Assembly: GCA_021399345.1 (NCBI GenBank) | Contig: JAAFKI010000112.1 | Span: 96,001-160,000, forward strand | Direction of reading: 5' to 3' | Origin: Candidatus Heimdallarchaeota archaeon | GTDB lineage: Archaea; Asgardarchaeota; Heimdallarchaeia; Heimdallarchaeales; Heimdallarchaeaceae | DNA length: 64,000 bases | Part shown: one piece after another, positions 1-10,936 of the stretch | Position numbering within the stretch: the stretch's first letter is position 1 | How the letters are laid out: the number at the start of each line of letters is the position of its first letter | Position numbers and translations under genes: made by a program | The notes under the pieces: generated by a model | Database searches by the model: none | Told to the model about the DNA's origin: nothing | Seen by the model: the letters and a program-made list of their open reading frames with translations, nothing else

Positions 1-186
1 CAAGAACTTCTTAGCTAATTGTAAATTAGATTGTAGAGACGGCATTTGAAACATCCAAATTAGAGATTTAACACGTTAAATACATTTTTGCATATAAATT
101 TCTTATGCTTAAGAATCAGTACTTACATGAATCAAAACTAAATCTTCAGAAATATAAACAAAAAAAGGAAAAATGAAGGTATTGGA

Positions 187-1530
187 CTATTTCTTCCTAC
201 TTCTTCTAATTACTAGAATTATTATAGAAATTGAGGTTAGGAAAAATACTAAACCAATCTTTTGTGAAAGCTCAGGGACTATAAGGGGGGTTCCTAGAGG
301 ATAAGGGTCAACAGAACTGGCTGTTCCAGCAATGACATAATCTCCGCCGTACCAGTTATTCCACCAGTTTCCTTCGTTGGTAGTAGTATCAAACCAAATG
401 TTGTTAGCTCCAGAATCACTTGCTTGAGAATTTCCAATATTATTATCTATGAAATGATTATGGTGGATAATTATATTAGAAACAGCAACATCAAGAACTA
501 TACCAAAGCTTGGGTGCTGTTGAATAGTATTGTAGGTTATATTGGTGTTAATTGTACTTTGCAATTCTAATCCAAAGACCTCACTTCCAATAAAGGAATT
601 ATTTGAGATTTGAAGATTTTCAGAATTAATAACAAGAAGGTTATTTTTTTCATTTGCTTCAAAGGTATTGTTAATTATATCTGCATAGGAGACAATATTC
701 ATAAATATACCCGCAATTTCCCAATGTTCGAAATCAGGAAGTCCATCCATTGCTATGTTCTTCACTATGTTTTCTTTAACCAAAATTCTATCAGAATTTG
801 TTATATAAATCCCTGCGAAGAGAGTACTTTCTTCAAGATTCATATAGTTCTCTGTAATGTTAGTGTCTGAGCAATCATAAACAAATATTACTGAATAATC
901 TTCGGGGTCATCGCTATATTTAAGATAATTTCCAGGTTCTTCTGGGTTTGATCGAAGTTCGTTTTCAAAGTTGTTTTTGAATGTCAAGCTTGGAGGAACT
1001 AGTTTGTAAATATCATTGTTTTTTATTCTTGAATTAGTACAATTTTTCAGAATGATACCCTTAACATATACGAGAGTATTATCCTCAATTACTGTACCTT
1101 TAGAATCTTCAACATAAATGCCGTTTCCTAATAGCATTAAATTGTTGTTAATTATCTTAGCCGTGTTACTTTTAACATTTTCAATTAATATTCCAGATAA
1201 TGTTGAACTAACTCCTAATCGGGAAATCTCGTTGTTTCTAATTTCAAAGTATTTTGTTGTATTTGCAACAGTAATTCCAGATTCACCTTCCCCCACCTCA
1301 ATATCTTTACCTTGTATGATGTATGGATGTGTTTCATTTCCATATCCAGGATAGCTAGCAAAATCTGAATCATCGTCAATCAATATAATAGGATCAGCCT
1401 TTATAGAGGGCAAAAGATCATTTTGAGAAAAAGCATTAGTGGTGGTAATCATATTACTAGGGAGAAGAAATAACAGAAGTAGTATAGAAAAAATTGTTAT
1501 TGATAGTATTTTTTTATTTTTCATTTTCAC
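187..1530 (-). CDS. Secreted right-handed beta-helix (NosD/PbH1-like) surface protein with C-terminal membrane anchor
   Basis: Signal peptide; repeated I.NN.I/GI.L units; GNWWNNW...DPYPL tail; VPEL + TM + RRSRKK C-terminus. Confidence 0.8.
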   Translation of the reverse strand: MKMKNKKILSITIFSILLLLFLLPSNMITTTNAFSQNDLLPSIKADPIILIDDDSDFASYPGYGNETHPYIIQGKDIEVGEGESGITVANTTKYFEIRNNEISRLGVSSTLSGILIENVKSNTAKIINNNLMLLGNGIYVEDSKGTVIEDNTLVYVKGIILKNCTNSRIKNNDIYKLVPPSLTFKNNFENELRSNPEEPGNYLKYSDDPEDYSVIFVYDCSDTNITENYMNLEESTLFAGIYITNSDRILVKENIVKNIAMDGLPDFEHWEIAGIFMNIVSYADIINNTFEANEKNNLLVINSENLQISNNSFIGSEVFGLELQSTINTNITYNTIQQHPSFGIVLDVAVSNIIIHHNHFIDNNIGNSQASDSGANNIWFDTTTNEGNWWNNWYGGDYVIAGTASSVDPYPLGTPLIVPELSQKIGLVFFLTSISIIILVIRRSRKK

Positions 1531-1632
1531 ACCTTAGTTTTGTAACTTTTTTGTCACACCCTATGTAATGTATTTGCTACATATAAGTATTTTGTAGAAT
1601 AGGTAAACGAAAAGTAAATATAAAAGATTCGT

Positions 1633-2073
1633 TCATTTAGATTCTTCGGATATTGCTTCAGAAACTTCTGTTTTGATCGCTTCGGCTTTAACTTGTTTAA
1701 CAACAATTTTAAGTTTAGGTATCTCAGATAATCCAATCTCTTTTAGAATCTTATTGTGTTGCTTTTGGATTAGGAAGAATTTTCGTAGTTGAAACCATGA
1801 GGTTTTTACTAATAAAGGGACATCTTCAAATTCCAAAATGCAAGAATGATTGATTGTTTCATCCTTAGTTTTTGTATCTCTACCTAGAGTAGTTTTGAGA
1901 ATCAAACCACATTTAAAACAATATCTCCATCTTGCGGGATGAATAAACAGTTCGTTGTTTGTTTTAACATATGCTACAATACCTTTATCAAAAGGGATAG
2001 TCCAAAGCTCTTGAGCATATTTTTTCGCTATTTCCCGAATTTCAGATTTATCTGAAGCAAGTATATCTGGCAT
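1633..2073 (-). CDS. Uncharacterised CxxC...HxC putative Zn-binding protein, paralog 1 of 5
   Basis: ARWRYCFKCG...NHSC...PLLVKTSWFQLRKFF. Start moved to MPDIL (2073) by alignment with paralogs. Confidence 0.8.
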   Translation of the reverse strand: MPDILASDKSEIREIAKKYAQELWTIPFDKGIVAYVKTNNELFIHPARWRYCFKCGLILKTTLGRDTKTKDETINHSCILEFEDVPLLVKTSWFQLRKFFLIQKQHNKILKEIGLSEIPKLKIVVKQVKAEAIKTEVSEAISEESK

Positions 2074-2095
2074 GAGAATCACTCTTCTGTTGAGG

Positions 2096-2116
2096 GTGTA
2101 CTAGAACAAGTTACAT
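2096..2116. promoter_or_regulatory. Imperfect TGT-N13-ACA palindrome overlapping and following the TATA box of paralog 1
   Basis: Minus strand reads ttatATGTAacttgttctagTACAC; same 21-bp geometry as the operators at 14764, 14836 and 15469. Confidence 0.35.
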
Positions 2117-2205
2117 ATAAGTTTTCTTTTATCTGAAAAAACCTCTTTTTGAATCCATTGGAGTAGATTTAAGAAATAATATGCAATAACTGTTATTTGG
2201 TAAAA

Positions 2206-2742
2206 ATGTCACTTCATGATAGAGTAGAATTTTGGTTTATTTCCTTTATTCACGATAAATTATATAGTCTTTCTATGAACCCAAAAAAACTCTTGTTGCC
2301 TGCAGGTTTAAAAGAAGGAGATAATGTTCTTGAAGTAGGGTGTGGTCCAGGATTTTTCACATTACCATCTGCAGAAATTGTTGGTGACAAAGGGTTCATT
2401 TATGCTATAGATATCAATCCTTTTGCTATTAGAAAGGTTAAGAAAAAAATCGCTAAAGCTGGTGTTAAGAATGTTAAAGCTATGATTGTTGATGTAACTG
2501 AAACAACTTTGAAGGATTCCAGTATAGATATAGCTTTCTTCTTTGGTGTTATTCATTCATTATATAGTATCATTGATAGGGTCATATTAGAAATGCATAG
2601 AATCTTGAAGGACGAAGGGATAATTGCTATCCAGAAGTCAGGAAAGTCTAAGGATTGTTTGGTAGACATCATAACACAGAATAATAAGTTCAAGTTCATA
2701 GAGGAAAAAAAGAGCGTGTTAGTATTTCAAAAAATAGAATAG
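2206..2742 (+). CDS. Class I SAM-dependent methyltransferase (UbiE-like)
   Basis: VLEVGCGPGFF motif I, YAIDI, EMHRILK.GII. Confidence 0.85.
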   Translation: MSLHDRVEFWFISFIHDKLYSLSMNPKKLLLPAGLKEGDNVLEVGCGPGFFTLPSAEIVGDKGFIYAIDINPFAIRKVKKKIAKAGVKNVKAMIVDVTETTLKDSSIDIAFFFGVIHSLYSIIDRVILEMHRILKDEGIIAIQKSGKSKDCLVDIITQNNKFKFIEEKKSVLVFQKIE

Positions 2743-2802
2743 AAAAAGAGAGTAAATTAGCTCAGTTTATTCTGGAATTATTTAAAAAAAAAGATAGAAG
2801 AA

Positions 2803-3843
2803 TTACTTCTTCACAATTTTTCTACTTAACAATGTTATTGCTAAAACTGATACTGAAGTAATTGTCACTATTTCGATTACTCCAAAACCTGCTTTATCAA
2901 TTACAGGATCTTCTAATGTTCCAACTGAAGGGTCATATGTTACTTCATCATCAAAGTGCTCAAAGCTCAAGTATGTTTGGACAGAACCATCGCCTAAGGA
3001 AGAGACTGAACAATTAACTGTCTTGTATTCATAAGAATTGTTAATCAAGTATTGGGCTTGATTTGCATAAGCGAAGAATGCTTGGTATTGTTCTTCACCA
3101 ATAGAGATCTGCTCTTTTACTGCGTCTCCATGGTTGAGTACTTTGTATTCATAGCCGGTTGTGTTTTCATTTGCGTTTATAGGATTACCATTAGTATCGT
3201 TGAGTCTATAATTGTATGCTGTATTCATTGGTATGAAATCGAATCGTAATGCAAGGTTTGAATCTTCTCTTTGCCATGGCCAATTATCCATGATAATATC
3301 AAATTTCATCTCTTGACCACCCTTTAATTCATATCCATCGATTACTTGATCAGCTAGATATAGATGAACAACAATTGTGATCTCAAAATCACCATAATTA
3401 GGTGCATTGATTGTTTCAGAAGTATAGTTGAAATGAACAGCAGATAGTTCTTCAGTTCCTTCAGTATATTCAACATCAAAACCACTGAAAATGAATCTTA
3501 CACTTGATAATGGGAGTGTGTTTGAGAATACTGGACCTGGTGGAGCTTCTTCCTTCCATAAACCTGTTTCATTAAACTGGAATACTCCATCTTCATTATA
3601 ATCTAGATATTCAGTAAGTGAATGGAACATAACATTGTATTCAAATCCTGCATCTGTCATAAATTGGAATTTAGGAACTTGCCCTCCAGCTTTGGCAATA
3701 AAGTGCATGTCATAATAAGAAAATGTCACTTGGTTGTTATCTTCTATCCATAAGAAGTCTTGATCATCTGCACTTACTTGAGTAACTACAAGTAATGCTA
3801 GAAACGCTAAACCGATTGTTATTTTGATTGCTTTGTGTTTCAT
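2803..3843 (-). CDS. Secreted, C-terminally anchored cell-surface protein
   Basis: Signal peptide; KFDI.M.NWPW and YDPSVG motifs; AGFG + TM + RKIVKK tail. Confidence 0.7.
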   Translation of the reverse strand: MKHKAIKITIGLAFLALLVVTQVSADDQDFLWIEDNNQVTFSYYDMHFIAKAGGQVPKFQFMTDAGFEYNVMFHSLTEYLDYNEDGVFQFNETGLWKEEAPPGPVFSNTLPLSSVRFIFSGFDVEYTEGTEELSAVHFNYTSETINAPNYGDFEITIVVHLYLADQVIDGYELKGGQEMKFDIIMDNWPWQREDSNLALRFDFIPMNTAYNYRLNDTNGNPINANENTTGYEYKVLNHGDAVKEQISIGEEQYQAFFAYANQAQYLINNSYEYKTVNCSVSSLGDGSVQTYLSFEHFDDEVTYDPSVGTLEDPVIDKAGFGVIEIVTITSVSVLAITLLSRKIVKK

Positions 3844-3966
3844 TTTTGCTCAGCATTTCTTATTCTTCCCTTTTTGAATAGGTTCTCATTTATACAACCA
3901 AAGTTTGATTACTTTAGAAAACTAAAGTTAGTGAAAATAAGAAAAAAAGAAGAAAATAACATAACA

Positions 3967-5334
3967 TTATGTTATGCTCATATCTAAAGTTAGAAAGGCA
4001 TGAGAATCTGAGATAGACCAGTAAACAGGAGGAAGTGGATAGCCATATAGTGGAAACATCCAATAATTTGTCCCTACTATAGCCATAGTTCCATAACCTG
4101 CCACATTTAGATAGAGAAGGTCATCTTCTAGTGGTGGGAATTCAGATTTCGCAATTTTGAACTCAAACATCCTATGATCTTCTGCACAATTTTCACTAGA
4201 ACCATAAGAATAACCAATATCATAGTTTCCAGAAGCAATGGTGTTACCAACTATCGATGCTATGTCACCCCCTGTGATTCTAAGTGAAAGTTTATCGATT
4301 TGGAGTTCATATGCAGTTGGAACTACATCTTCATCATTCCAGCAGTGAATTGTGAAATAAAACATTCCATTTGAAGCATTGATATTATTATGATTGAGGT
4401 CTACTGAACCGCTTACTATTGTATCTGCAGCGAAACTTATTTCGTTAACATCATTTAGAAATGTACCTTCACTCATGTTTCCTGGTATTCCACCGTGTTC
4501 TGCAAAAGAGCAATAAAACTCATCAGGTACTCCAAAGTGTCCTACTGGATTTGAGGTTAAATTAGCTTTTAGTCTATATTCTAAATCCATATCAGTTACA
4601 CTTGCCATGAACAATCCAATTATTTCATCTGGGATCTTTTCAGTGATATTGACTCCAAATTGGATATCTAAGAAGTCTCCTGCCAACCAAAATCCACCAC
4701 TCTCATAATTATAAGAACTTCCTGTATAGTTGCTGTTATCATATTCTGTCCAGAAATCATAAAAATCTCCAGTTGTATTTCCTCTAAGTACTTCTAATGT
4801 ATCCATTTCTGGTACAATCGGGATATCTGGGTAAACATGTGTGCTAGGAATTGGATTTAATTCAAAATCGAACACATTATCACCACTTACATTATAGAAT
4901 AAATACTCATATCCATAATCTTCTAATGAAAACAAAGCGAGTTTCGAATCCCAAGTATCAGGTAAACGATTTGCTAAGTGAAAAGCAAGCCATTCACCGT
5001 CTTCATTATTCGTTCTGTCAGAACATAAGTCTAATGCAATATAGTAGAAATCATCATCTTCCGCTACCGAAAGGTAATTCCATCCATCTACATTGGCCAA
5101 GTCTACGACTGGATCAATTTCATTATCTATATCTAAGTAAAATGGTATATTATAGTACGAACTTTGTAACCATTCACGTTTCTCAATTACACCATCAATT
5201 GTTGGAGTAATTTTAGCTGGGTCACTATTAAACTGCCAATCATTCCCCATTAGCCATCCTACAAAGAAAGCACCCCCACCAATAGCTAAAACAAGGACAA
5301 TTGCAGTTACTTTAATACTTGAACTTTTTGACAT
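3967..5334 (-). CDS. N-terminally anchored extracellular protein with CBM9/DOMON-like motifs
   Basis: N-terminal TM; PTIDGVI..REW, LSVAEDDDFYYIAL and FEFKIAKS; very acidic. Confidence 0.55.
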   Translation of the reverse strand: MSKSSSIKVTAIVLVLAIGGGAFFVGWLMGNDWQFNSDPAKITPTIDGVIEKREWLQSSYYNIPFYLDIDNEIDPVVDLANVDGWNYLSVAEDDDFYYIALDLCSDRTNNEDGEWLAFHLANRLPDTWDSKLALFSLEDYGYEYLFYNVSGDNVFDFELNPIPSTHVYPDIPIVPEMDTLEVLRGNTTGDFYDFWTEYDNSNYTGSSYNYESGGFWLAGDFLDIQFGVNITEKIPDEIIGLFMASVTDMDLEYRLKANLTSNPVGHFGVPDEFYCSFAEHGGIPGNMSEGTFLNDVNEISFAADTIVSGSVDLNHNNINASNGMFYFTIHCWNDEDVVPTAYELQIDKLSLRITGGDIASIVGNTIASGNYDIGYSYGSSENCAEDHRMFEFKIAKSEFPPLEDDLLYLNVAGYGTMAIVGTNYWMFPLYGYPLPPVYWSISDSHAFLTLDMSIT

Positions 5335-5468
5335 ATTTTTGACCTTTTTTATTTTTTAACCTTTTTAATTTGTAAAAAGATAGATACAATTATAGCGAGA
5401 GATGATATATACTTTTCCCAAAATTTTAAGCCTAGATAATGCGAAAGTCATAAAAGAGGGGAAAGGAA

Positions 5469-6167
5469 ATGAAATTGATGAAGAAAATAGGTATAATAGG
5501 TGGACTGAGTGCTGAATCTACTATTGAGTATTATAAGATACTAATCAAGGAATATAACAAACGAAAAGGGGGAAAGTCTTCACCTCTACTCATAATAGAT
5601 AGTCTAGATTTAGAAGAAGCTGTAAATTTAATGAGTAATAACGATTGGGATGGAGTTTTTAATATCATTTTCCAATCTGCTAAAAATCTAGAACATGCAG
5701 GTGCAGAAGTTATCATCATTGCAACCAATACCATTCACAAAGTCTTTGAAAGATTACAAAAGAAAATCAAGACCCCGATGATTAGTATATTGGATGTAAC
5801 TGCAGAAGCTGCTAAATCCAAAAATCTGAAGAAAATAGGTCTTTTGGGGACAATTTTCACAATGCAATCAGATTTCTTTCAAAAAGCATTCCAAAGATAT
5901 AATCTAGAAATTATTGTACCTAACCAAGAAGATCAAGAATTTATTAATGAAATCATTTTCAACGAACTGACGTTTAATATAATAAAGTCTGAATCTAAAA
6001 GAGGATATCTAGAAGTAATTGAAAGATTACAACAAGAGGGAGCTGAAGGAGTTATCCTAGGATGTACTGAAATCCCCTTATTAATTAAGCAGAAAGACAG
6101 TCCCATACCTGTATTTGACACAACCACCCTTCATGCAATGGCTGCTCTAGAATATGCAATGAAGTAA
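5469..6167 (+). CDS. Aspartate/glutamate racemase family protein (YgeA/RacX-like)
   Basis: IGIIGGLSAEST, TNTIH, LLGTIFTM, ILGCTEIP, FDTT. Confidence 0.92.
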   Translation: MKLMKKIGIIGGLSAESTIEYYKILIKEYNKRKGGKSSPLLIIDSLDLEEAVNLMSNNDWDGVFNIIFQSAKNLEHAGAEVIIIATNTIHKVFERLQKKIKTPMISILDVTAEAAKSKNLKKIGLLGTIFTMQSDFFQKAFQRYNLEIIVPNQEDQEFINEIIFNELTFNIIKSESKRGYLEVIERLQQEGAEGVILGCTEIPLLIKQKDSPIPVFDTTTLHAMAALEYAMK

Positions 6168-6306
6168 GATTCTCTTTCAAATACATTTATCCGGCATTAC
6201 TCATATTTTACTACTAAAACAAGATATAAATACATTTCAACTCTCTGTAGCTTACTTATAGTGAAATCTCTACATAGTGATAACTCAAAATGACATGGTG
6301 AACATA

Positions 6307-6699
6307 ATGACTGCTGAAACTGTGGAGTTGAAATTCGATCAAGAAGAGATAGATAAAGCTGAGGAAGAATACAAGAAGCTTCATCTAGATCCTGCTCAAC
6401 AAGACATGGTTGACTCCATAACAAAAATCATGAATGAACTGGTGCCAATACCTGAAGCAGCTATTAAGGGATTCACATGGAAAGTCATGAGTAATTGGCA
6501 GAGGATGCGTAGAATTACAATAGCCGAGTTAAATAATAGACCTCTAAGAGATAGAATAGAGGTAACTAAAGAGATGATTAAGCAAGCAAAGAAATTTTTT
6601 GTTAGTCTTCTTTCAGAATCTACACCTGAGCAGAGAGAGATACTGGAAAGAAAGTTTGATACGGTTTTAAAACAAAGCTCAGAGTTATTGAAAAATTAG
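6307..6699 (+). CDS. Hypothetical all-helical protein
   Basis: Open frame with GGTGA RBS before ATG 6307; convergent 4-nt overlap with the next gene. Confidence 0.6.
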   Translation: MTAETVELKFDQEEIDKAEEEYKKLHLDPAQQDMVDSITKIMNELVPIPEAAIKGFTWKVMSNWQRMRRITIAELNNRPLRDRIEVTKEMIKQAKKFFVSLLSESTPEQREILERKFDTVLKQSSELLKN

Positions 6700-8642
6700 A
6701 CAAAGATTGATTCTAAATAATCAGATAATCTTGTTCTGTCAGACAAACTCAGTTCTTGATTGGAGTTTATTTTTGTGCTTAAATCACCCCAGATTTCTGA
6801 AAATGTGCTAAAATCAGTGATAAGTTTCTTTATTTTCTGTACAGCAGAATAAGATTTACCAACAAAGACATAACTAAGTAGCATATTTTCACTGTGATAA
6901 AGAACTATGCCAAAATTCCTAAATTGAAGACGATAAGAAGTGTTTTTATCAGGTTCTTTTTCTTCTAGAAAGTCATGTATTGTAGTTATTATCCCCTCAA
7001 CTAAATCATTTTCTAGAGGAATATCTTCAAAATTATCTGAAAAGACAACATGACCAGTTTTATCCATAATCAGGAAAATACTTGGATCTTCAATTTCATG
7101 AGAAACATCTGCAAAGCTTATTCTATTCTTAATTAGCTTATTCATCATATCCTCTAAATGAGTTAACTCCATACGATCAGCAATATTTGGAAGTTTAGTA
7201 GTGAAACTTTCCCAGCTGCTAATTTGTTCTAGAAGATGATCGTATTCATTAGAAATTAGTGTCGCTAAGCGAGTTATACCTTTTTCATCTGCAATATTTT
7301 GGGCTTTTTCTAACATTATTTTTGCTTCTTCAATTTTAAGTTCTATTAGTGCTAAATGAGATTTGAGCATATAGGTTTCAGCAAGTAAAACCGATGATTT
7401 CTGCTTTTTTGCAAGTTCATCTAGTTGATTTATAGTTTGTTTAAGAGGTAAAAGCAATTCTAAATCGTTGGTCTGTTTCAATCTTCGAAGATAAAAATCA
7501 CATAAATGAAATAAAGCCATCCTGTTCATTTCTATATAAATCAACTTCTCTTGAACAATCTCCTTCAACATTTTTTCTATTTTATCTTGATTATCATCAA
7601 AAGAACGCGCTTTAAGATAGATAGATTGAGCTAGATTGTAAATATGCACTAAGGGATAGCTTTCAACACTTGCATCTTGCAAACTTCTAATAGTAGCGAC
7701 TATTTCCATTTTTTCTAAGTTTTGTTTTATATCTTCGTATTTTCCTTGTTCAAGATAAACTAAATTTGTTCTGAAAAGTACAGCAAGATAATGTCTATTT
7801 CCAAAAAGCTTCCCTCTTTTTATTTGCCCTAACGATTTCTTATAATATTGTAATGAAGTTTCCAATTCCCCTTTTTGCCAATAATAGAACCCTAAATCAG
7901 CATATATTGCACCCAAGCTGTAAGAAGAATCAATCTCTTCCGCATATGATAGTGCCTTCAATGAGTATCTAAGATATTCGTCTAGTTCTCCTTTTTGAAT
8001 AAAAACTGCTGCAATATTAGTTGTACATGCAATAATTCCCACAATATTACCTAGTTCTGTAAAAATCTTCAAACTTTGATTATAATAATTCCCACTCTTA
8101 GAATAATCCCCCTGTTCAAAAAAAGCATAAGCTTTGCCAAATAGATGCCAAGCTTTCTGATACTCGTCTCCTACTTGTTCAAATATATCTATAGCTTGAT
8201 CTATTTTATCCATGTATTTTTCTGATCTACTACTAATCCCAAATGTAAGAATTCTTGCTTTCCTTTTGAGATATTCTGGTGATTCTTTATCCTTGTATTT
8301 TTCAAGAACTTCTATTGCATGCTTCATTTTTTCGCTAGCTGATTCGCCTATGCCTAAGTAGCTAGAGGATCGAGCATAAGCCATAGCTGAATCGAAAATT
8401 AAGAATGTATCACCGATTTTGACACTTTTTTCATAAGCTTGTTTAGCATTTTCTAATGCCTCAGAGAATGGTTGAATATCGAGAAATATTTTTGCTTTGA
8501 GGATTTTTGCTTGAATAATTTCTTCTTCAAGAAGTTCCTTTCTTTTCAGAAGATTATTCAATTGTTTTAGAGATTCTTGATACTTACTGCTAATAATTAA
8601 TTGTTCTATTTCTTTTAGTTCAGTAGAAAATACCCCTTTCAT
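6696..8642 (-). CDS. TPR-repeat protein with C-terminal longin/roadblock-like domain
   Basis: TPR-type helices (GDYSKSGNYYNQSL, GELETSLQYYKKSL); C-terminal IFLIMDKTG.VVFS...YVFVGKSYSAVQKI alpha/beta pattern. Confidence 0.7.
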   Translation of the reverse strand: MKGVFSTELKEIEQLIISSKYQESLKQLNNLLKRKELLEEEIIQAKILKAKIFLDIQPFSEALENAKQAYEKSVKIGDTFLIFDSAMAYARSSSYLGIGESASEKMKHAIEVLEKYKDKESPEYLKRKARILTFGISSRSEKYMDKIDQAIDIFEQVGDEYQKAWHLFGKAYAFFEQGDYSKSGNYYNQSLKIFTELGNIVGIIACTTNIAAVFIQKGELDEYLRYSLKALSYAEEIDSSYSLGAIYADLGFYYWQKGELETSLQYYKKSLGQIKRGKLFGNRHYLAVLFRTNLVYLEQGKYEDIKQNLEKMEIVATIRSLQDASVESYPLVHIYNLAQSIYLKARSFDDNQDKIEKMLKEIVQEKLIYIEMNRMALFHLCDFYLRRLKQTNDLELLLPLKQTINQLDELAKKQKSSVLLAETYMLKSHLALIELKIEEAKIMLEKAQNIADEKGITRLATLISNEYDHLLEQISSWESFTTKLPNIADRMELTHLEDMMNKLIKNRISFADVSHEIEDPSIFLIMDKTGHVVFSDNFEDIPLENDLVEGIITTIHDFLEEKEPDKNTSYRLQFRNFGIVLYHSENMLLSYVFVGKSYSAVQKIKKLITDFSTFSEIWGDLSTKINSNQELSLSDRTRLSDYLESIFV

Positions 8643-8783
8643 GTTCTCACTTCATAATCTCAAATTGCTTATAGTAATTCTTCACTTCTTATTAGTTTTT
8701 TGTAAAAATCTAGAATCTTAAGGATGTGTTCATGAAAAAGATTAAAACTAAGCCAATAGACTTCTCTTCATAAGGTATTTACA

Positions 8784-10244
8784 ATGACTAATTCCTCCGA
8801 CATAATTCACTGGATTGATGCTAATCAACAAAGATTCATAGATATTTCTGATAAAATCTGGGAATATGCAGAAATTCGCTTTGAAGAAATCAAATCTGCT
8901 AAGCTGCAAATCAAGGTTTTGGAAGAGGAAGGTTTTGAAGTTACTAAAGGTGTAGCAGATATGCCTACAGCTTTTGTTGCTTCTTATGGAGAAGAAGGAC
9001 CTATTATAGCTGTTTTAGGTGAATACGACGCCTTATCAGGTTTAAGTCAAAAATCAGGAGTATTTGAAAAAACTCCTGTGGAAGAAGGAGCTAGTGGTCA
9101 TGGCTGTGGTCATAATCTACTTGGAGCAGGGAGTCTAGCAGCTGCGATCGCTGTTAAACACTATCTTGAATCTCATAAAATTCCAGGTATCATTCAATAT
9201 TATGGATGTCCTGGGGAGGAAGGTGGATCTGGCAAAACATACATGGTTAGAGAAGGATTATTCGATGCTGTTGATATTGCTTTGTGTTGGCATCCCTTTA
9301 GTACAAACTTCATATTCAACTTATCTAGTTTATCCAATATTCAAGTATACTTCCGTTTTAAGGGTATAAGTGCCCATGCAGCAGCAGCACCTCATATGGG
9401 TCGATCGGCTTTGGATGCAGTTGAACTCATGAATATAGGTGCGAACTACTTACGAGAGCATATTATAACTCAGGCTAGATTGCATTACGCTATCACAAAT
9501 ACAGGAGGAAATGCGCCTAATGTAGTCCAAGCAGATGCCGAAGTATTGTATTTAATTCGTGCTCCGACTTCTTCACAAACAAAAGAAATTTACGAAAGGG
9601 TGAAAAAAATAGCTAAAGGAGCAGCATTAATGACAGAAACTGAAGTTGAGATAATCTTCGATAAAGCTGCATCTAATCTTATACCAAATAATGTTGTAGG
9701 GGAAGTACTATTTGAGAAATTCAAAGAAGTGGGAGCCCCCCAATATACAGAAGAAGAAATAGAATTCGGTAAGAAACTTCGTCAAACCTTCAATGAAGGA
9801 GAACTTCCTGAACTAAACACATTTGGAGCATTTAAAGAAGAACTGGGAGAAGATATGATTGAAAAGATCAAAACTAAAATTATCTTTGATGCTATCCTCC
9901 CAAATACTTTACCAGAGTTTACTCTTCCTGGTTCAACTGATGTAGGGGATGTAAGCTGGGTAGTACCGACTTCACAAATAGGAACATCTTGTGTCATTTT
10001 AGGCACTCCCGGTCATTCTTGGCAAGAGGTAACTCAATGTACAACTAGTATAAGCCACAAAGGAATGATAGCAGCTGCAAAAGTGATGTCTTTAACAGCA
10101 TTGGAGTTTATGGAAAATGTTGAACTTGTTAATGAGGCCAAAGCTGAATTGAAAAAGAGACTAGGTTCAACAAAATATGAGTCTCCAATTGCATCTGAAG
10201 TAAAACCAAATGTCCCTGAATGGGTTTATGAAGCAATGAAATAG
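8784..10244 (+). CDS. abgB: M20 amidohydrolase, aminobenzoyl-glutamate hydrolase subunit B-like
   Basis: GEYDAL, GHGCGHNLLG, PGEEGGSGK, GRSALDAVELM, GSTDVGDVSW, PGHSWQ. Confidence 0.85.
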   Translation: MTNSSDIIHWIDANQQRFIDISDKIWEYAEIRFEEIKSAKLQIKVLEEEGFEVTKGVADMPTAFVASYGEEGPIIAVLGEYDALSGLSQKSGVFEKTPVEEGASGHGCGHNLLGAGSLAAAIAVKHYLESHKIPGIIQYYGCPGEEGGSGKTYMVREGLFDAVDIALCWHPFSTNFIFNLSSLSNIQVYFRFKGISAHAAAAPHMGRSALDAVELMNIGANYLREHIITQARLHYAITNTGGNAPNVVQADAEVLYLIRAPTSSQTKEIYERVKKIAKGAALMTETEVEIIFDKAASNLIPNNVVGEVLFEKFKEVGAPQYTEEEIEFGKKLRQTFNEGELPELNTFGAFKEELGEDMIEKIKTKIIFDAILPNTLPEFTLPGSTDVGDVSWVVPTSQIGTSCVILGTPGHSWQEVTQCTTSISHKGMIAAAKVMSLTALEFMENVELVNEAKAELKKRLGSTKYESPIASEVKPNVPEWVYEAMK

Positions 10245-10299
10245 TACATAGAACCCAATAGACGATAGAAAACGAGATCTACATCTAGGTACTTGAATC

Positions 10300-10587
10300 T
10301 TAGTTGGAAAGTTGTTTAATTACATCAAAAATTCTAACTTCTGGCAATCCTACTAAATCATAAACTTCCTTAATGCTTTTTACTAATTCGGAAGTTCGAA
10401 AATTATTCAAATTGGTCTCATTGTCAAAGAACATAATACTTCCATATTGATTTATTCGTTCATCTTTCATATAGACAATCTGTGTTAATCCTGGTACATC
10501 CTTGTATTGACTTTCCCTAGACTCTGCTAATTTCATTATCTCGTCAAATGACATATTACTTCTAAAGTGATAAGTAAGCACTTTCAT
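10300..10587 (-). CDS. YdhR-like / dimeric alpha+beta barrel small protein
   Basis: VPGL..IVYM, YGSIMFFD, PEVRIFDV pattern. Confidence 0.6.
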   Translation of the reverse strand: MKVLTYHFRSNMSFDEIMKLAESRESQYKDVPGLTQIVYMKDERINQYGSIMFFDNETNLNNFRTSELVKSIKEVYDLVGLPEVRIFDVIKQLSN

Positions 10588-10691
10588 AAAGAGACTTAGT
10601 TCGTTTTTTCTTTTTAATGTAGTTATTTACCAAAAAATAGATTTTTGTTAATCCACAACACTCATAATTTGTGATTGGGAGAATTATCAAT

Positions 10692-10886
10692 ATGAGTGAA
10701 CAGACTAAATTACTAAAAACATGCTGTGGGGGAGAACTTCCTGCAAAAGAAGTCACAACGATCTATAAAGGTAAGAAATTGTTTTTTTGCGATACACCTT
10801 GCTTAGATCTTTTCATAAAAAATCCTGAAAGGTTTTTGGCTTCGACTCATTTTCGTCTTAATTTTGAAGAACTAGAAGATGAGTAA
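10692..10886 (+). CDS. YHS/TRASH domain metal-binding protein
   Basis: CCGG...YKGKKLFFCDTPCLDLFIKNPERF. Confidence 0.8.
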   Translation: MSEQTKLLKTCCGGELPAKEVTTIYKGKKLFFCDTPCLDLFIKNPERFLASTHFRLNFEELEDE

Positions 10887-10936
10887 AGCAAGTTTACTAA
10901 CTGAAGAAATTTTATCAATATAAAAAGAAAAAAAGA

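Noticed and set aside
5469-6167. Racemase lacking the first catalytic Cys (IATNT)
   Set aside because: Thr/Cys catalytic pairs are known in YgeA-type racemases, so this is not unusual
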